Shown: in pieces, positions 22,901-35,900 of the stretch
How the letters are laid out: every line of letters begins with the position of its first letter
Position numbering within the stretch: the first letter of the stretch is position 1
From: Eledone cirrhosa
Taxonomy: Eukaryota
Reading direction: 5' to 3'
Assembly: GCA_964016885.1 (NCBI GenBank)
Contig: OZ024745.1
Span: 108,004,001 to 108,068,000 of the forward strand
Length of the DNA stretch: 64,000 nt
Position numbers and translations under genes: made by a program
Notes under the pieces: generated by a model
Told to the model about the DNA's origin: nothing
Databases searched by the model: none
What the model saw: only the letters and a program-made list of their open reading frames with translations

Positions 22901-25717
22901 AAAGGTTGTGGAGATATAGTTTGAAAAGACTGGATGAAAGGAATAAATCTTGTGGTAAACTACAGGTTCTGTGTGATTTGAGGGTGATTTTGCTGCTAAT
23001 TTTAGCAGGTGAGTTGACTACTTAGAAGCTCCTTTTTGTTATGATATTTCTTAACTTGAAGAAATCATCAAACCCCAAATGAAGGACTCCGGACTGCTTA
23101 CTATAGATGAGAAATTTGTTCATGAAATTAAAATGGATGGAGAAATATTTGATCTGTCCTGTCAAACTCTATATGAAACCAGTAAGTTCAATTTCACATT
23201 TCAACCATGTCTTTTGTATGATTCATTTTCTAAATACAAGTCATTCTACACACCTTTTCTCTAATATTCTCTAATATTCAATCTATTAACCAATATTCCT
23301 TCAATTTGTTGTTGTTTACCTCCAAATCAACCCTAATTGAGCAGACTTATGATCAAGTATTCTAGCCATGACCATGCATCTTTTTGTATTTCTAGGACTG
23401 CATTTTTTAATGTGCCTTTTGTGTCTTTCCTTTTTTAAAATGGTTAAGATGTGATTAGAGAGAAAATTGCTTACTATTTTTAGCAGGTTGAATAACCATA
23501 TAGAGGCTTCCTCTTTGGCTAATATCTGCCAATCCATGTATTCAACTGTTTGCTATGGCTTAGTTATGATTAATGTATCAAAGTAGTTGCCTTTGGATAA
23601 AAAAAATTCCAATATGTAATAATTGTCTAACCCATGCTAGCGTGGAAGAATGGACGTAAAACGATGATGATGATGAATACTCCCCCTCCCCTCCCCCCAA
23701 AAAAGGAGCAAAAGGGAAAAAGCAAATTTTAAACAATCCTTGCTTCTTTTCTTATGGTTGTCTTTATTAATATTTATGAAGAGTTAAATAAAGAGGGGTT
23801 GCTGTAGTGATTTTTATATCTTCTCTCATTTATTTTTATTTTACTTTTCAGCATACTGTTTGTCTCGAGGTAATAACAAATGTTTTCTGTACGAGATAAA
23901 CAGCAACATTGATGAAGAGGGAATAAGCAGTTCTTTAAAGAATGTTCTTCATTTTGAGGGGAAGACAGTTACTTCAATAAATTTAAGGTTTGTTGTTTTT
24001 TAACACCAGATCAGTTGTGATTGAGCCGGCACTCCAGTTGTGACTGTCCTGTTTTTTCTTAGGCACAGTGCAAATAGTACCACATCATCTAATGTGTCCT
24101 TCTTTTCTAAGATAGTAAACTGAATTGATAGAGATTTAGCTGCTATTTCTAGCAAATTGAGCAACCACTTTGAGGCTCCCTCTGTGTGTTTGTGTGTGAC
24201 TGACACTTCCTGTTTTTATTCCTTCTCAGTTATTATAGCTTGCTTTTACTATGCCATCAACATATGATTAACAGTCAGTGTTGTGACTGCATGAAACCAC
24301 ACGAGCAAGGCATTCTTGAAAAGTACCAAACAACACTATAACTATATCATATTAACAACTAGTGTCTTTACTGCAAATTTTCACAATGATCTGTCCACTA
24401 GTTCAGATACTACAAGCATTAGAGAAGTTAAGAGTGGTGGAATGGTAAAATGGATAAATTATTGGACAAAGTGGCTTGTAGCATTTAGTTATATCTCTTA
24501 ACATTGTAATCAAGTAGTGATTTTACCTTTTATCATCCCACTGTTCATCATTTCATCATCATCATTTGATTTTACGTCTGCTTTTCCCTGCTAGCAAGGG
24601 TGGGACGGGAACTGATTCTGGCTTGATTTCTACAGCTGGATGCCCTTCCTAACACCAACCTCATTTACAGTGAGTGCTGGGTGCTTTTATGCCGTGGCAC
24701 CTCCACGACCACTTTGCAGTGGAATGATATGGACCCCAGTCCTATCATCTCATTTCTACAGCTGAGTAAACTGGAGCAATGTGAAATAAAGTGTCTTGCT
24801 CAAGGAAACAACACATCACCCGGTCTGAGAATTGAACTCACAACCTTTCGATTGCAAGGCCAATGCTCTAACCACTAAGCCATGCGCCTCCATGTTGATA
24901 ATATAATTATCAGTCAAAAGCTCGGGTTGATATTTATCAACTATATCTGTAGCTGTGTGTTTATGTAAGAAACGATCATTAATCAGACGCCATGCTTTGC
25001 AGCATAGAGTTACGGCCCTTTAAGGTCTGAGTTCAAATCCTGCTGGCGTAAACTTTGCCTTTCATCCTTACGAGATAGATAAAATAAAGTACCAGTAATG
25101 CACTGGGATAATTACTGGCCTTCAGCCCCAAAGTAGAAACAATTATCTAATGTTTAATACTTGAGTTTGGTTGATATTATTGTTGTATAGGTGGGACAGT
25201 ATTGTTGTTTGGATTGGCAGTATCAGTAGAGTGTCAGACACCATGCTTCACAGCATAGAGTTACGGCCCATAACATTCTGATTTCAAATCCCACCAAGGT
25301 TAGCTTTGCCCACTCATCTTGACGGGGGCTGATAGAATAAAATACCAGTAATGCACTGGGGTTGATTTAATCGACTCACCCCTCTCCCAAAAATTGCTGG
25401 CCTTGTGCCTAAATCAGAAACCATTGTCGTTGTTTAGTTAGAACAGGTAGAATTAAAATAAAAGTAAGGCCCACATCAATCCTACGATCAAAGGTGTTTC
25501 CAACATGACTTTACTATTTTTTTTGTATGTCAGGAACTACATTATATGTGTGTAGGGATGATTTATATATGCTACTTGCTGCAGGGTGGGTTGTCGGGTT
25601 ATGGGGGTGGCCTTGGAGCAAGTGGTTGGGTGGTTGTCTGATATTGTGGGGGTATGTGTGGCTTTCCATGCTGGCTTGGATTGGGGGTTATCAAGAATGG
25701 GTATATGTATTTAAGTA

Positions 25718-25762
<45 letters not shown>

Positions 25763-25846
25763 GTTAGACGGTTTTGTTCCCGCATCAAATGGAACAGAAC
25801 CCTCCAACCCGTGCTAGCATGGAAGATGGAGGTTAAACGATGATGA

Positions 25847-25880
<34 letters not shown>

Positions 25881-28800
25881 AGACACATGGCTTAGTGGTT
25901 AGAGCATTGGCCTGACAATCGAAAGGTGAGTTCAATTCTCAGACTGGGTGATGTGTTTCCTTGAACAAGACACTTTATTCCACATTGCTCCAGTTTACTC
26001 AGCTTTAGAAATGAGATGATAGGGACTGGGGTCCATATCATTCCACTGCAAAGTGGACGTGTAGGCGCCACGGAAAAAAAGCACCCACCCAGCACTCACT
26101 GTAAATGAGGTTGGTGTTAGGAAGGGCATCCAGTTGTAGAAATCAAGCCAGAATCAGTTCCCGTCCCACCCTTGCAAGCAGGGAAAAGCGGATGTAAAAT
26201 GATGATGATGATAATATATGTGTGTGTGTCTGTATACATGCAAAATACATTTTGTTTGTTCTCAGTTACATATAACTATTTTTTCTTCTTTTAGTCCTTA
26301 TATTCTGGGAGAATGTCTTGTAGCTGACCACACAAGTTCTGTCTTTCTGTGTGATGAGAACAAAAGGTGATAATTTCATTCCCGTTTCTACCATTATTTC
26401 TTTTCAGTCTTTTGTCTTATATTGCTGTAGTTTTAATACTTTTATTTCTTTATATATTGAAACTGAAACTGGAATTTTACCCTTTTGATATCTAGCTCTA
26501 TGTTTATTCTACCTGTTTATTCTAAAGTATTTATATTTATCTAAAAACATTCTGTTAACATTTTATGTAAGAACATTTGTTAAATCATGTTCCAAACACT
26601 AGCTTCCAAACCAAGAAGGCTAATGATATTACTAGAAGTCGATGGAAACCGCGGAGTGGGGAGACCCAAGATGACCTGGGATGAGGTGATAAAAGCCGAC
26701 CTTACCCAATTACACCTCTCAAAGGCGATGACACACGACCGTGACCTCTGGCGTCACGCAGTAATACAGAGTACCCGACCTCCCATGGGTACAAGCTGAA
26801 GCATATAGACAATATGCCCCCACACCCCCCCACCGCAAGGTGGTCGTGGAGGTGCCACGGCAAAAAAGCACCCAGCTCACACTGTAAAGTGGACGTGTAG
26901 GCGCCACGAAAAAGCACCCAGCACTCACTGTAAATGAGGTTGGTGTTAGGAAAGGGATCCAGCTGTAGAAATCAAGCCAAATCAGTTCCTGTATGAGCAA
27001 GGCATGGTCAGCCGACCAGACACTGCCCACAACAGGACAACCCGTCTAACCCATGCTAGCGTGGAAGAATGGACGTAAAACGGTGATGATGATGAAATCC
27101 CTCTAAATTATTAAAAAATTTCAAAATTATTATTATTATAGGCTGTGTCTTTCATTAGAAATGTTAACAAAAGGGTTAATGATAACTGAAATTAGGTTTT
27201 AAAAAATAATTTCAATTTATTTTACTAAATTTTGGTTTAAGTTTTATTTTCATTTTCAAATTTTCATTCTAACATCACATTAATTTGACATTGTGAAAAT
27301 ATCAATTTTATTAATATTAAATTAAGTAAAAAAAAATGGAAAAGAAAAAAAAAAAGAATCTTTGTACTCAGATTGAGACATATATTTAATTTTGTGGACT
27401 GAAGCAATTTAGATAAGATAGTTTACCTATGTTGCATCACATAATGGATGTAGCAAGGTCTGAAACCAATGCTGTTACAGTTTATAACTCACATATCTTC
27501 TGTGTGCTGTCAAGAGAAAGATTTGGTTTATTATATTACGGTGGATTGGCAGTATCGGTAGAAGGTCGGACGCCATGCTTTCCAGCATAGTTACGGCCCT
27601 TTACGATCTGAGTTCAAATCCCGCCGAGGTTGACTTTGCCTTTCATCCTTACGGGGGTCGATAAAATAAAGTACCAGTAATGAACTAGGTAATTGCTGGC
27701 CTTGTGCCTAAAGTAGAAACAATTATATTACCTCATTTCTCGTCATAACTTACTTTGACATTATCATTTGTATTATTTCAGTATTCAGAATGTGGTTGCT
27801 GAACATCCCCATCGATTTCCTTGCACCTCAAATTGGTGTCAAGTTCACTATGCTTCACACCCACGATCATTTGTTCTCACAAATCAATCAACTATGGAGC
27901 TGATGGATATCAGGGTCTGTATTAATTTTAATGTAACATCTCTTTTTCTTCTTTGCCCACTTATTCTTGGGAAGGTTCCTCAAACATTCCTTCCAGCAGA
28001 TCCTGTCAGAAGCAACCATCTCCAATTGATCAGGTTGGATCCCCCAAGCGAGACCAGCTGAGCTCATAGATGTTATCCAACCATCTTGCTCGGGATCTAC
28101 TCTTGGGTCTTCTGCTGGTTGGTTTTGCCTGTAAAGTCTGTCTATTTGATGTAACATCACTACTACTAATTCCATATACCATTTGATCTACTATTTGATA
28201 TGACATTACTATTACTAGTTTGATATACAATTTTCATATTACTGTTTAGATATACTATTGTGTTACATCATTACTATTAATAACATTGTCATTTTCGTTA
28301 ATATGAATATTGTCAGTCCTAATTAATTCTATATAAGAACTTATTTCTGACCTTGTTCTAAAGCTACTTGTAATAAAACCAGGTTTTTTTCTGTCCATAG
28401 AGATATCTAACTTGATTTTCGAAGCTACTATACTAGATAACTAGATAACCAAAGAGAGAAACAGAACCAAAGATGGATAGACATACAAAACAATACACAC
28501 TGGCTTTGGAGCACTGCTTTCAAAGGTTCTAGTCATTTAATCAAACCAAGAATTGGTCAACTCAACACTATGGTAACACACTAAGCTTGAGGTTCCATAC
28601 ATTTGTATCATTCCTGAAACCATGAAACCATGTAGATCTGACTTAGACTTCTTAATCATGCAGTCATGTCTGTAAACATGTAACATTTCTGTAACAGCAC
28701 TATTAGCTTTATTTACCATATGTCAGTCCAGTTTTACAAACAGGTATTCAGCCACACCTATGCTGCAGTTTAGCCCTAAATCAGCCCTGATCAAAAGACC

Positions 28801-30500
28801 TATGATCAAAGGTATTCCTGCTATAACAATCTTGTATGTTTTTCTTTTTATTTTTTCAGGCATGTATTCAATTTAACCTTCTTTTACTAAAGTTTGTAGG
28901 TTGGAATTGAAGGAGATTAAGCTGCTATTTCTTGCAGGTTAAGGGTATATCTAGAGGCTTCCTTGTTGGCTTATAGAAGTGCCTATTGTTCAAGTTACTA
29001 GAACTGAAGCAGACTGTGTAATCAATCTTCAAATAGAATTTGTCTTCTTCTTTTGATATTTTGTCTTAAATCTTTTTTTTTGTTGCAGTCATCATGTAAA
29101 AAGCCAAGAGATATGTTTGTTCTTCCAAATAAGTATCTATCTAAAAATGAAAGGATTTCAACCTCTTGTTGTTCTTCGACAAATCCATTCCATCATTTTG
29201 TAGCTACAAACCATGGCTTGTTCCTCCTAGATGAAAGATTCTTGAGTCATCCGGTGAGTAAAAGTATAAATGAGAAAATAAATTTGATTATAATTTTCTT
29301 TTTATTCTACCATCTATTTTGATTTAGATGAGGTCATTGGAATGGCTTCACTTAAAAACTGTCATGAATTCCCTTTGTGGATTTCTCTAGTCTGACTTAC
29401 CTACCTTTGTGGATTTCTCTAGTCTGACTTACCTATGTTAGTAGCTATATAATGTAGTGGACTCTCATTAATCTTTTGCTAATTTTTTGAGGTATGTGTG
29501 AATTAAAAGGATATCCTTTAAGATACTAGGCACAGTCATGACTGTGTGGTTAATGAATTTACTTTGCAACCACATGGTTTCAGGTTCAGTCCCACTGTGA
29601 GGCATCTTGAGCAAGTGTCTTCTATTATAGCTTCCAGTTAACTGATGTCTTGTGAGTGAAATTTAGTTGGTGGAAACTGAAGACGCCAACCATATGTGTC
29701 TGTGTTTATGTTAATGTCCTGTAAGCTAGCAGTTTGATAAAAATAGATTTATAAAAATAATTACCAGGCTTTGAATAAATAAATAAATAAATACTGGGTT
29801 TGATATGATCTACTAAATCTTTTGAAGGTAGTGCTCCAGTATGTCCACAGTCAAATGATTGAAACCAGTAAAAGAATCCATTCAATTTGTTCTTGTGCTG
29901 GGAAATTGTAACCAGGGGTACTGCCTTAGTCACATAGGGTGCAATTTGATAGAGAATTGGCTAATAATTGTTGCAGGTTGAATGACCAGTGGTTCAACAT
30001 GTGGAACAGTACAGGAATGGAATTATGTTTATTTGGAAAAACAGAATATAGTTCATTTATTTATTCTAAATATATATATATGTATATAACCCATGCTAGC
30101 ATGGAAAAATGGACGTTAAACGGTGATGATGATATGTATATATATGTGTGTATGTATATATATATATATCATTCATTTTACGTCCACTTTTCCCTGCTTG
30201 CAAGGGTGGGACGGGAACTGATTCTGGGTTGATTTCTACAGCTGGATGCCCTTCCTTACATCAACCTCATTTACAGTGAGTGCTGGGTGCTTTTTTGCCG
30301 TGGCACCTCCTCAACTACTTTGCAGTGGAATGATAGGGACCCCAGTCCCTATCATCTCATTTCTACAGCTGAGTAAACTGGAGCGATGTGAAATAAAGTC
30401 TCTTGCTCAAGGAAACAACACATCACCCGGTCTGAGAATTGAACTCACAACCTTTCGATTGCAAGGCCAATGCTTTAACCACTAACCACATAATTAAATA

Positions 30501-30556
<56 letters not shown>

Positions 30557-32887
30557 TATTTAATTACATATTACAGTGGGTCCTCGATATACGGTAGTTC
30601 TTTATCTGGTAAATTCACAGATACAGTTTTTGGTCGTGTTTTGTTTATATTGTGCCGTAGCGTCACCTGTAGTAAGCAATAAATTCCCCCTTGAATTCGT
30701 GGAAACTGACTGCTATTCGAATTCTAGGAAAATTGTGTTACTACTGCTATCGTACTAACTGACCTTACCGAGAAACTGGCCAATCACTGGCGAGTTCAGA
30801 TATCGGTCGATGATGTCATAACTCTTAACTGATCACTTCAGTTCGGCAAACTAGCGTGTCCTCTCAGTGAGAGAATTTTTGCTGAACTGAAGTGATCAGT
30901 TAAGAGTTATGACGTCATTCAAAGTAAGAGAAAACCCGACGGCGTGTTTTTGGAGCATAATTATCACGGCATATCTTATAACCCTATATCTCATGGCCCC
31001 AAAACGTCCTGCGAATATTGCTGATGCAGATGGAAAGGCCAAACGCATGAGGAAGAGCCTAACTTTGGAGATAAAGCTGGACACTTTGAAAAGGAAGGAA
31101 CAGGGACAAGCTCCGTCCGACATAAGTCGTAACTTAGGCCTAGCCCAGTCTACAGTCTGGACTGTTTTAAAAAATAGTGAGGCTGTCAAAAAAGCTGGGG
31201 AGAATGCTACGAGTCTACAGAGTAAATTGTTGGCCAAACATCGTGAGCCGATTATGGATAGGATGGAAAGGTTGCTCAAAATTTGGATCGACGACCAAAA
31301 TCATCAAAATATGCCTCTGTTTTTAAATGTAATTAGTGAGAAAGCATTGTCCATTATTGACAGGCTCAAGACTGAAATGGGGGTGGAGAACTTTGTATTC
31401 AAGGCAAGCAAAGGCTGGTTTGATAAGTTCAAACGACGTTCGAGTCTTCACAACATAAAAGTTACAGGTGAGGCTGTCAGTTCCGACAAAGAAAGTGCTG
31501 AAAAATTCAAGACAGAGTTAGAGAAATGCATTGCAGAGAAGGGGTACAGCAAAAAACAGGTTATTAATTATGATGAAACAGGACTTTATTGGAAAAATAT
31601 GACCAGTAATACTTATATTGACAAGGAGGAGAAAAGTGCGAAGGGGTTCAAAGCCTCAAAGGACCGCGTTACTCTGTTACTTGGAGGGAATGCAGAAGGA
31701 GATTTAAAGCTAAAGCCACTCATTATCTCCCATTCTGAAACTCCAAGAGCACTCAAGGGGTTACTTAAGCAATACCTACCAGTAATATGGAAGTCTAATA
31801 AGAAGGCATGGCTGATCACTTCAATTCACCAGGAATTTTTCACTTCATATCTGTCACCAACCCTTAAGGAATATGCATTAGCTAACAACATTGCCAACCG
31901 TTTTCTGCTATTAGTGGACAACGCCCCCCAGCCACCCACGGGCAATGGAAGACTGGTCAGAAATTATTGAGGTTTTGTTTCTCCCCCCCCAAACACCACA
32001 GCTCTCATTCAGCCAATGGATCAAACAGTCATCAAAAAATTTAAGGCATACTACCAGCGGAGAACCATGCAGCAGCTGATAAAGGACACAGATGGACCTG
32101 ACAAGCCCACGATCAAGGAATGGTGGAAATTGTACATCAAGCACGGCTTAGACAACATCAAGGCATCTTGGGAAGAAGTGAAGCAGTCTACTATGAACTT
32201 CGCCTGGAAGAACGTGTGCGTGGCTTGGACATAAAAACTCTAAGAGAATGTCTCAGGAGCATCGAAACAATCTTAGAAACCTTGAAGGAGCATGACCCCA
32301 ACCCTGCTAGGAGCAGCAAAGTGGCTCAAGACGTCGACAAAAGTGTCAAGATTTACGAAGAAATGTATGAGGCCAAAAGAAACACCACTAAACAGTCCTC
32401 CATCTACTCTTTCTTCAAGCCAGTCACACCTGCCAACCGTGCTACAGCTGGCCCTTCAACATCCACTGCAGTCAACAAGTTTGTTGGTTTTGAGCCGCCC
32501 ACATCACCCTCATCCTCCCCTGTCAACTCAGTCCAAGATGAGTAAGGGCTGAAACCCATACGGTCCCTTCGCCTCGGGAGGGACAAATGAAGAGGCACAT
32601 CATCTGATGGACATCTATGTGTAAGGTACAGTAAATAAAAAAAAACATTATTTCTTTTCTGTAGGGATGACTTTTTCGATGTGCTGGAACGCATCCCTAC
32701 ATATTTCATGTTATAATGGGTTCTTTATACGGTGGGGGTTTCAGGAACGCATATATACCGTATATCGAGGACTCACTGTACATATGTTTCACTGTTGATC
32801 AGCTCAAGGAACAATCGATTAATGATCGATCCTGACTCTGGAATCAGAAGCTCCTCATATATGTGTTAACATGTAGACTCGCATCTA

Positions 32888-32925
<38 letters not shown>

Positions 32926-35900
32926 GTGTATATCCTTGCTAGCAGAGAAAGTGGACATTAAAACGATGATGATGATATATATAATTTTTATGCTTCGTTT
33001 CAACAGGTATTACAGTGGCAGCACATGTTAGAAGGAATCCCTCATTATTTATCACCAATCCATGGTGCTGTTCAGTCTTCTAGTGATGAAGTTCTTCTAA
33101 CTGCCAGTCAGTATCCAAATGAAGTTGTATGTCTACAATATCGAACACACCATAATCACCCACCAATATCCACATGTTCTCCTTGGCGGATCTCGAAACC
33201 AGGGTATGACTTCGTATTGGCTATCTGCTTGGGAATTTTTTAAACATTTGTATTTTTTATTACTATTACAATTAGAATTTTGGGTGTGAAAAGGATGACT
33301 GAGATCTCTGGGTTGGTGGTGAAATAAGACTGCATTCCAGTGGCTTGGGAATTGAGTGTTTTTATCCTTTTATACAAGGGGAAAGGTGATCCTCTAGACT
33401 GTAACTCATGTAAAGCAATTAAATTATTGGAACAAAAAATAAAGGTATTGGAATGTATGTTTGAGAAAATGATAAGGAAGAATTGAAGATTGATGAAATG
33501 CAATTTGAAATTGTGCAGGAAAGAACTGCAATTACAGTTATAAGTGAAGGACAGAGGTTAGATGAAGAAGGTGTTTTGGGGGTTGTTCTGGTAAAAACTT
33601 TTAATAATTATTTCTACTTTTGGCACAAGGCCAGCAATTACCCAGTACATTACTGGTACTTTTATTTTATCGACCCCGTAAGGATGAAAGGCAAAGTTAA
33701 CCTCGGCGGGATTTGAACTCAGACCATAAAGGGCCGTAACTCTTTGCTGCAAAGCATGGCGTCCGACCCTCTACCGATACTGCCAATTTAATAATGTTCT
33801 ACATGAAGTAAAGGTAGAGGAATGGTTGCTTAGAGTAGTGATGACAATGTATTAGTAAGAGCATGCAATCATAAGGATGAAGGACAGGAACAGTAACGAG
33901 TTTGAAGTGGGGTCAGTATTAAGTTCAATACTATTTGTAGTTGTGATAGAGATACTAGCCTGAAGAGTAAAGGAGAGCTTATCATGGGGGTTGCTATATG
34001 CAGATGACTTGATGTTAATAGGCGAGAGTGTAGATGGACTGAAGGAAAAAATGAATAGGTAGAATGAGTGTCTAGAGAAAAAAATGTATGATGGTGAACA
34101 TTGGAAATACAGTGATGGCAAATGGTAAAAATTTTGGTGAGATGGAAAGGACAAGAGGATAGCTGAGTGCAGGAAGGGTATTGAATTGAACTCCATTAAA
34201 TGTATGATATGCACTTGGTGGGTACATTGAAAATATAGTGGAGTGAAGAGATTATTAAATAATATGGCAGCTAAATTTAAGCGTAAAGTGTGTAGGGAAC
34301 TTCAAATAGAGAAGATGTTAAGCTAGATCTTGAGAATGGTGTGAAGATGGAAGGTGAGAAAACGTTTTGTTACGTTGGAGACATGTTAAATGGAAAGGGT
34401 GGATCAAACTGTATGACAGTATCTAGAATAAAATGTGAATAGAAATTCCAGGAACTGAATGGCATGGTAATGAGATGGGATGTGTTGCTGAAACTGAAAA
34501 GAAATGTGTATGCTGTATATGTGAGAAGTGCTATGATTTATGGGAGTGAGACATGGGTGATGAATGTGGAGCAGCAGAGAGGGTTAGAAAGAACAAAAAT
34601 GAGAATTGAATTGCAGAAGATGATAAGAATAAAACCAGTGATGAATGTTGTGAAGAGAAATGGATTATGGTTGTGTCATGTTTTCAGGAGAAATGGTTAA
34701 ATATGGAAGAAAAAATGAAAGCCAGTTTGGGAGGAGGGATGCAGACGATAGCATAATAAAAAAGCTTGTTATGACGCTTGCAAGGCTAACCCATGCTTTA
34801 ACCCTTTAGCATTTAAACCGGCCTGAATTCTCTCACTTCTTTCTGTTCAAACTGGTCGTAACTGGCCCCTCATTCCGACGTTATCATATTGTTCTCAAAA
34901 TAAATATCAAAATCTCAGAGTTGATATTATGAGAGATAAAACCCTTTCTGTGAAAATACAATAGTAAATATAGAGTACAGTGAATGCTAAAGCGTTAACA
35001 AAGAAAATAGCCTTAAAACATTGTTGTATACATACATACAAACATAAATATATATGTACGTCAATACTCATCTTTTTCCATTTCTCCGAGGATTCTTAAC
35101 CCCACTATCAGGCTAAATAATTTCTTTAATTTCTTTAGTCAAAATACGGCAATAGCTTACATTTCTAATAATTTCAAACCCACTCGCTGTTTCCAAAATA
35201 TTCTTACTTGATATATATATATATATATTTATACAAAGTACTGATTTTTCTTAGCTGTGTTTTTTTATTTCTGCACTTTCGTCTTATTAATAATTGTATT
35301 ATTTCTTCTTCTAGAGATTTATTCTACATTGAAAAGTTGATTGATCAAGTCAGAAGTGATGCAGTTCATGACAGACTTTCTGATCCCATAGTTGGTGTTG
35401 CTGGAAAAGCTCTTAACTCTGGTGGAATGTATGTTTTCCAGGTATGACAGATTTTATTTTTACTATAATACTAGCATCACTGAATTGTTTCTGCTTTTGA
35501 ATGCTTCCAAAATCAATTTTCTATTCTGTTATTAAAGCTCACACCTATGGAGATTTAGCTGGCCTCCTACAAAGTTGTATCTCTTAGAAGGGTTTCTCTC
35601 TTTTTTTTTATGATAAAGGACCCAGTCCTATCATGAAAAGACTGCTTCCTGGATAAGATGCCAGTCCACTACAGGGGTTACTCTTCAATTGTTGCTAGTA
35701 CTTGTATTTTTCAGTCAAGAGGACTCTACAGCACGAGATGAAATATATTGTTTAAAGGCACAATATGCCATTCAGACTAGGAATCAAATCCACAACCATA
35801 TCATAATTTCAACACACATTACTTCATAATATTGTTTTTTTGTTTCACTGAAGGATTCAGCTAAAGAAAAAAAAAATACTCTGTTCCTACCATGAATAAG

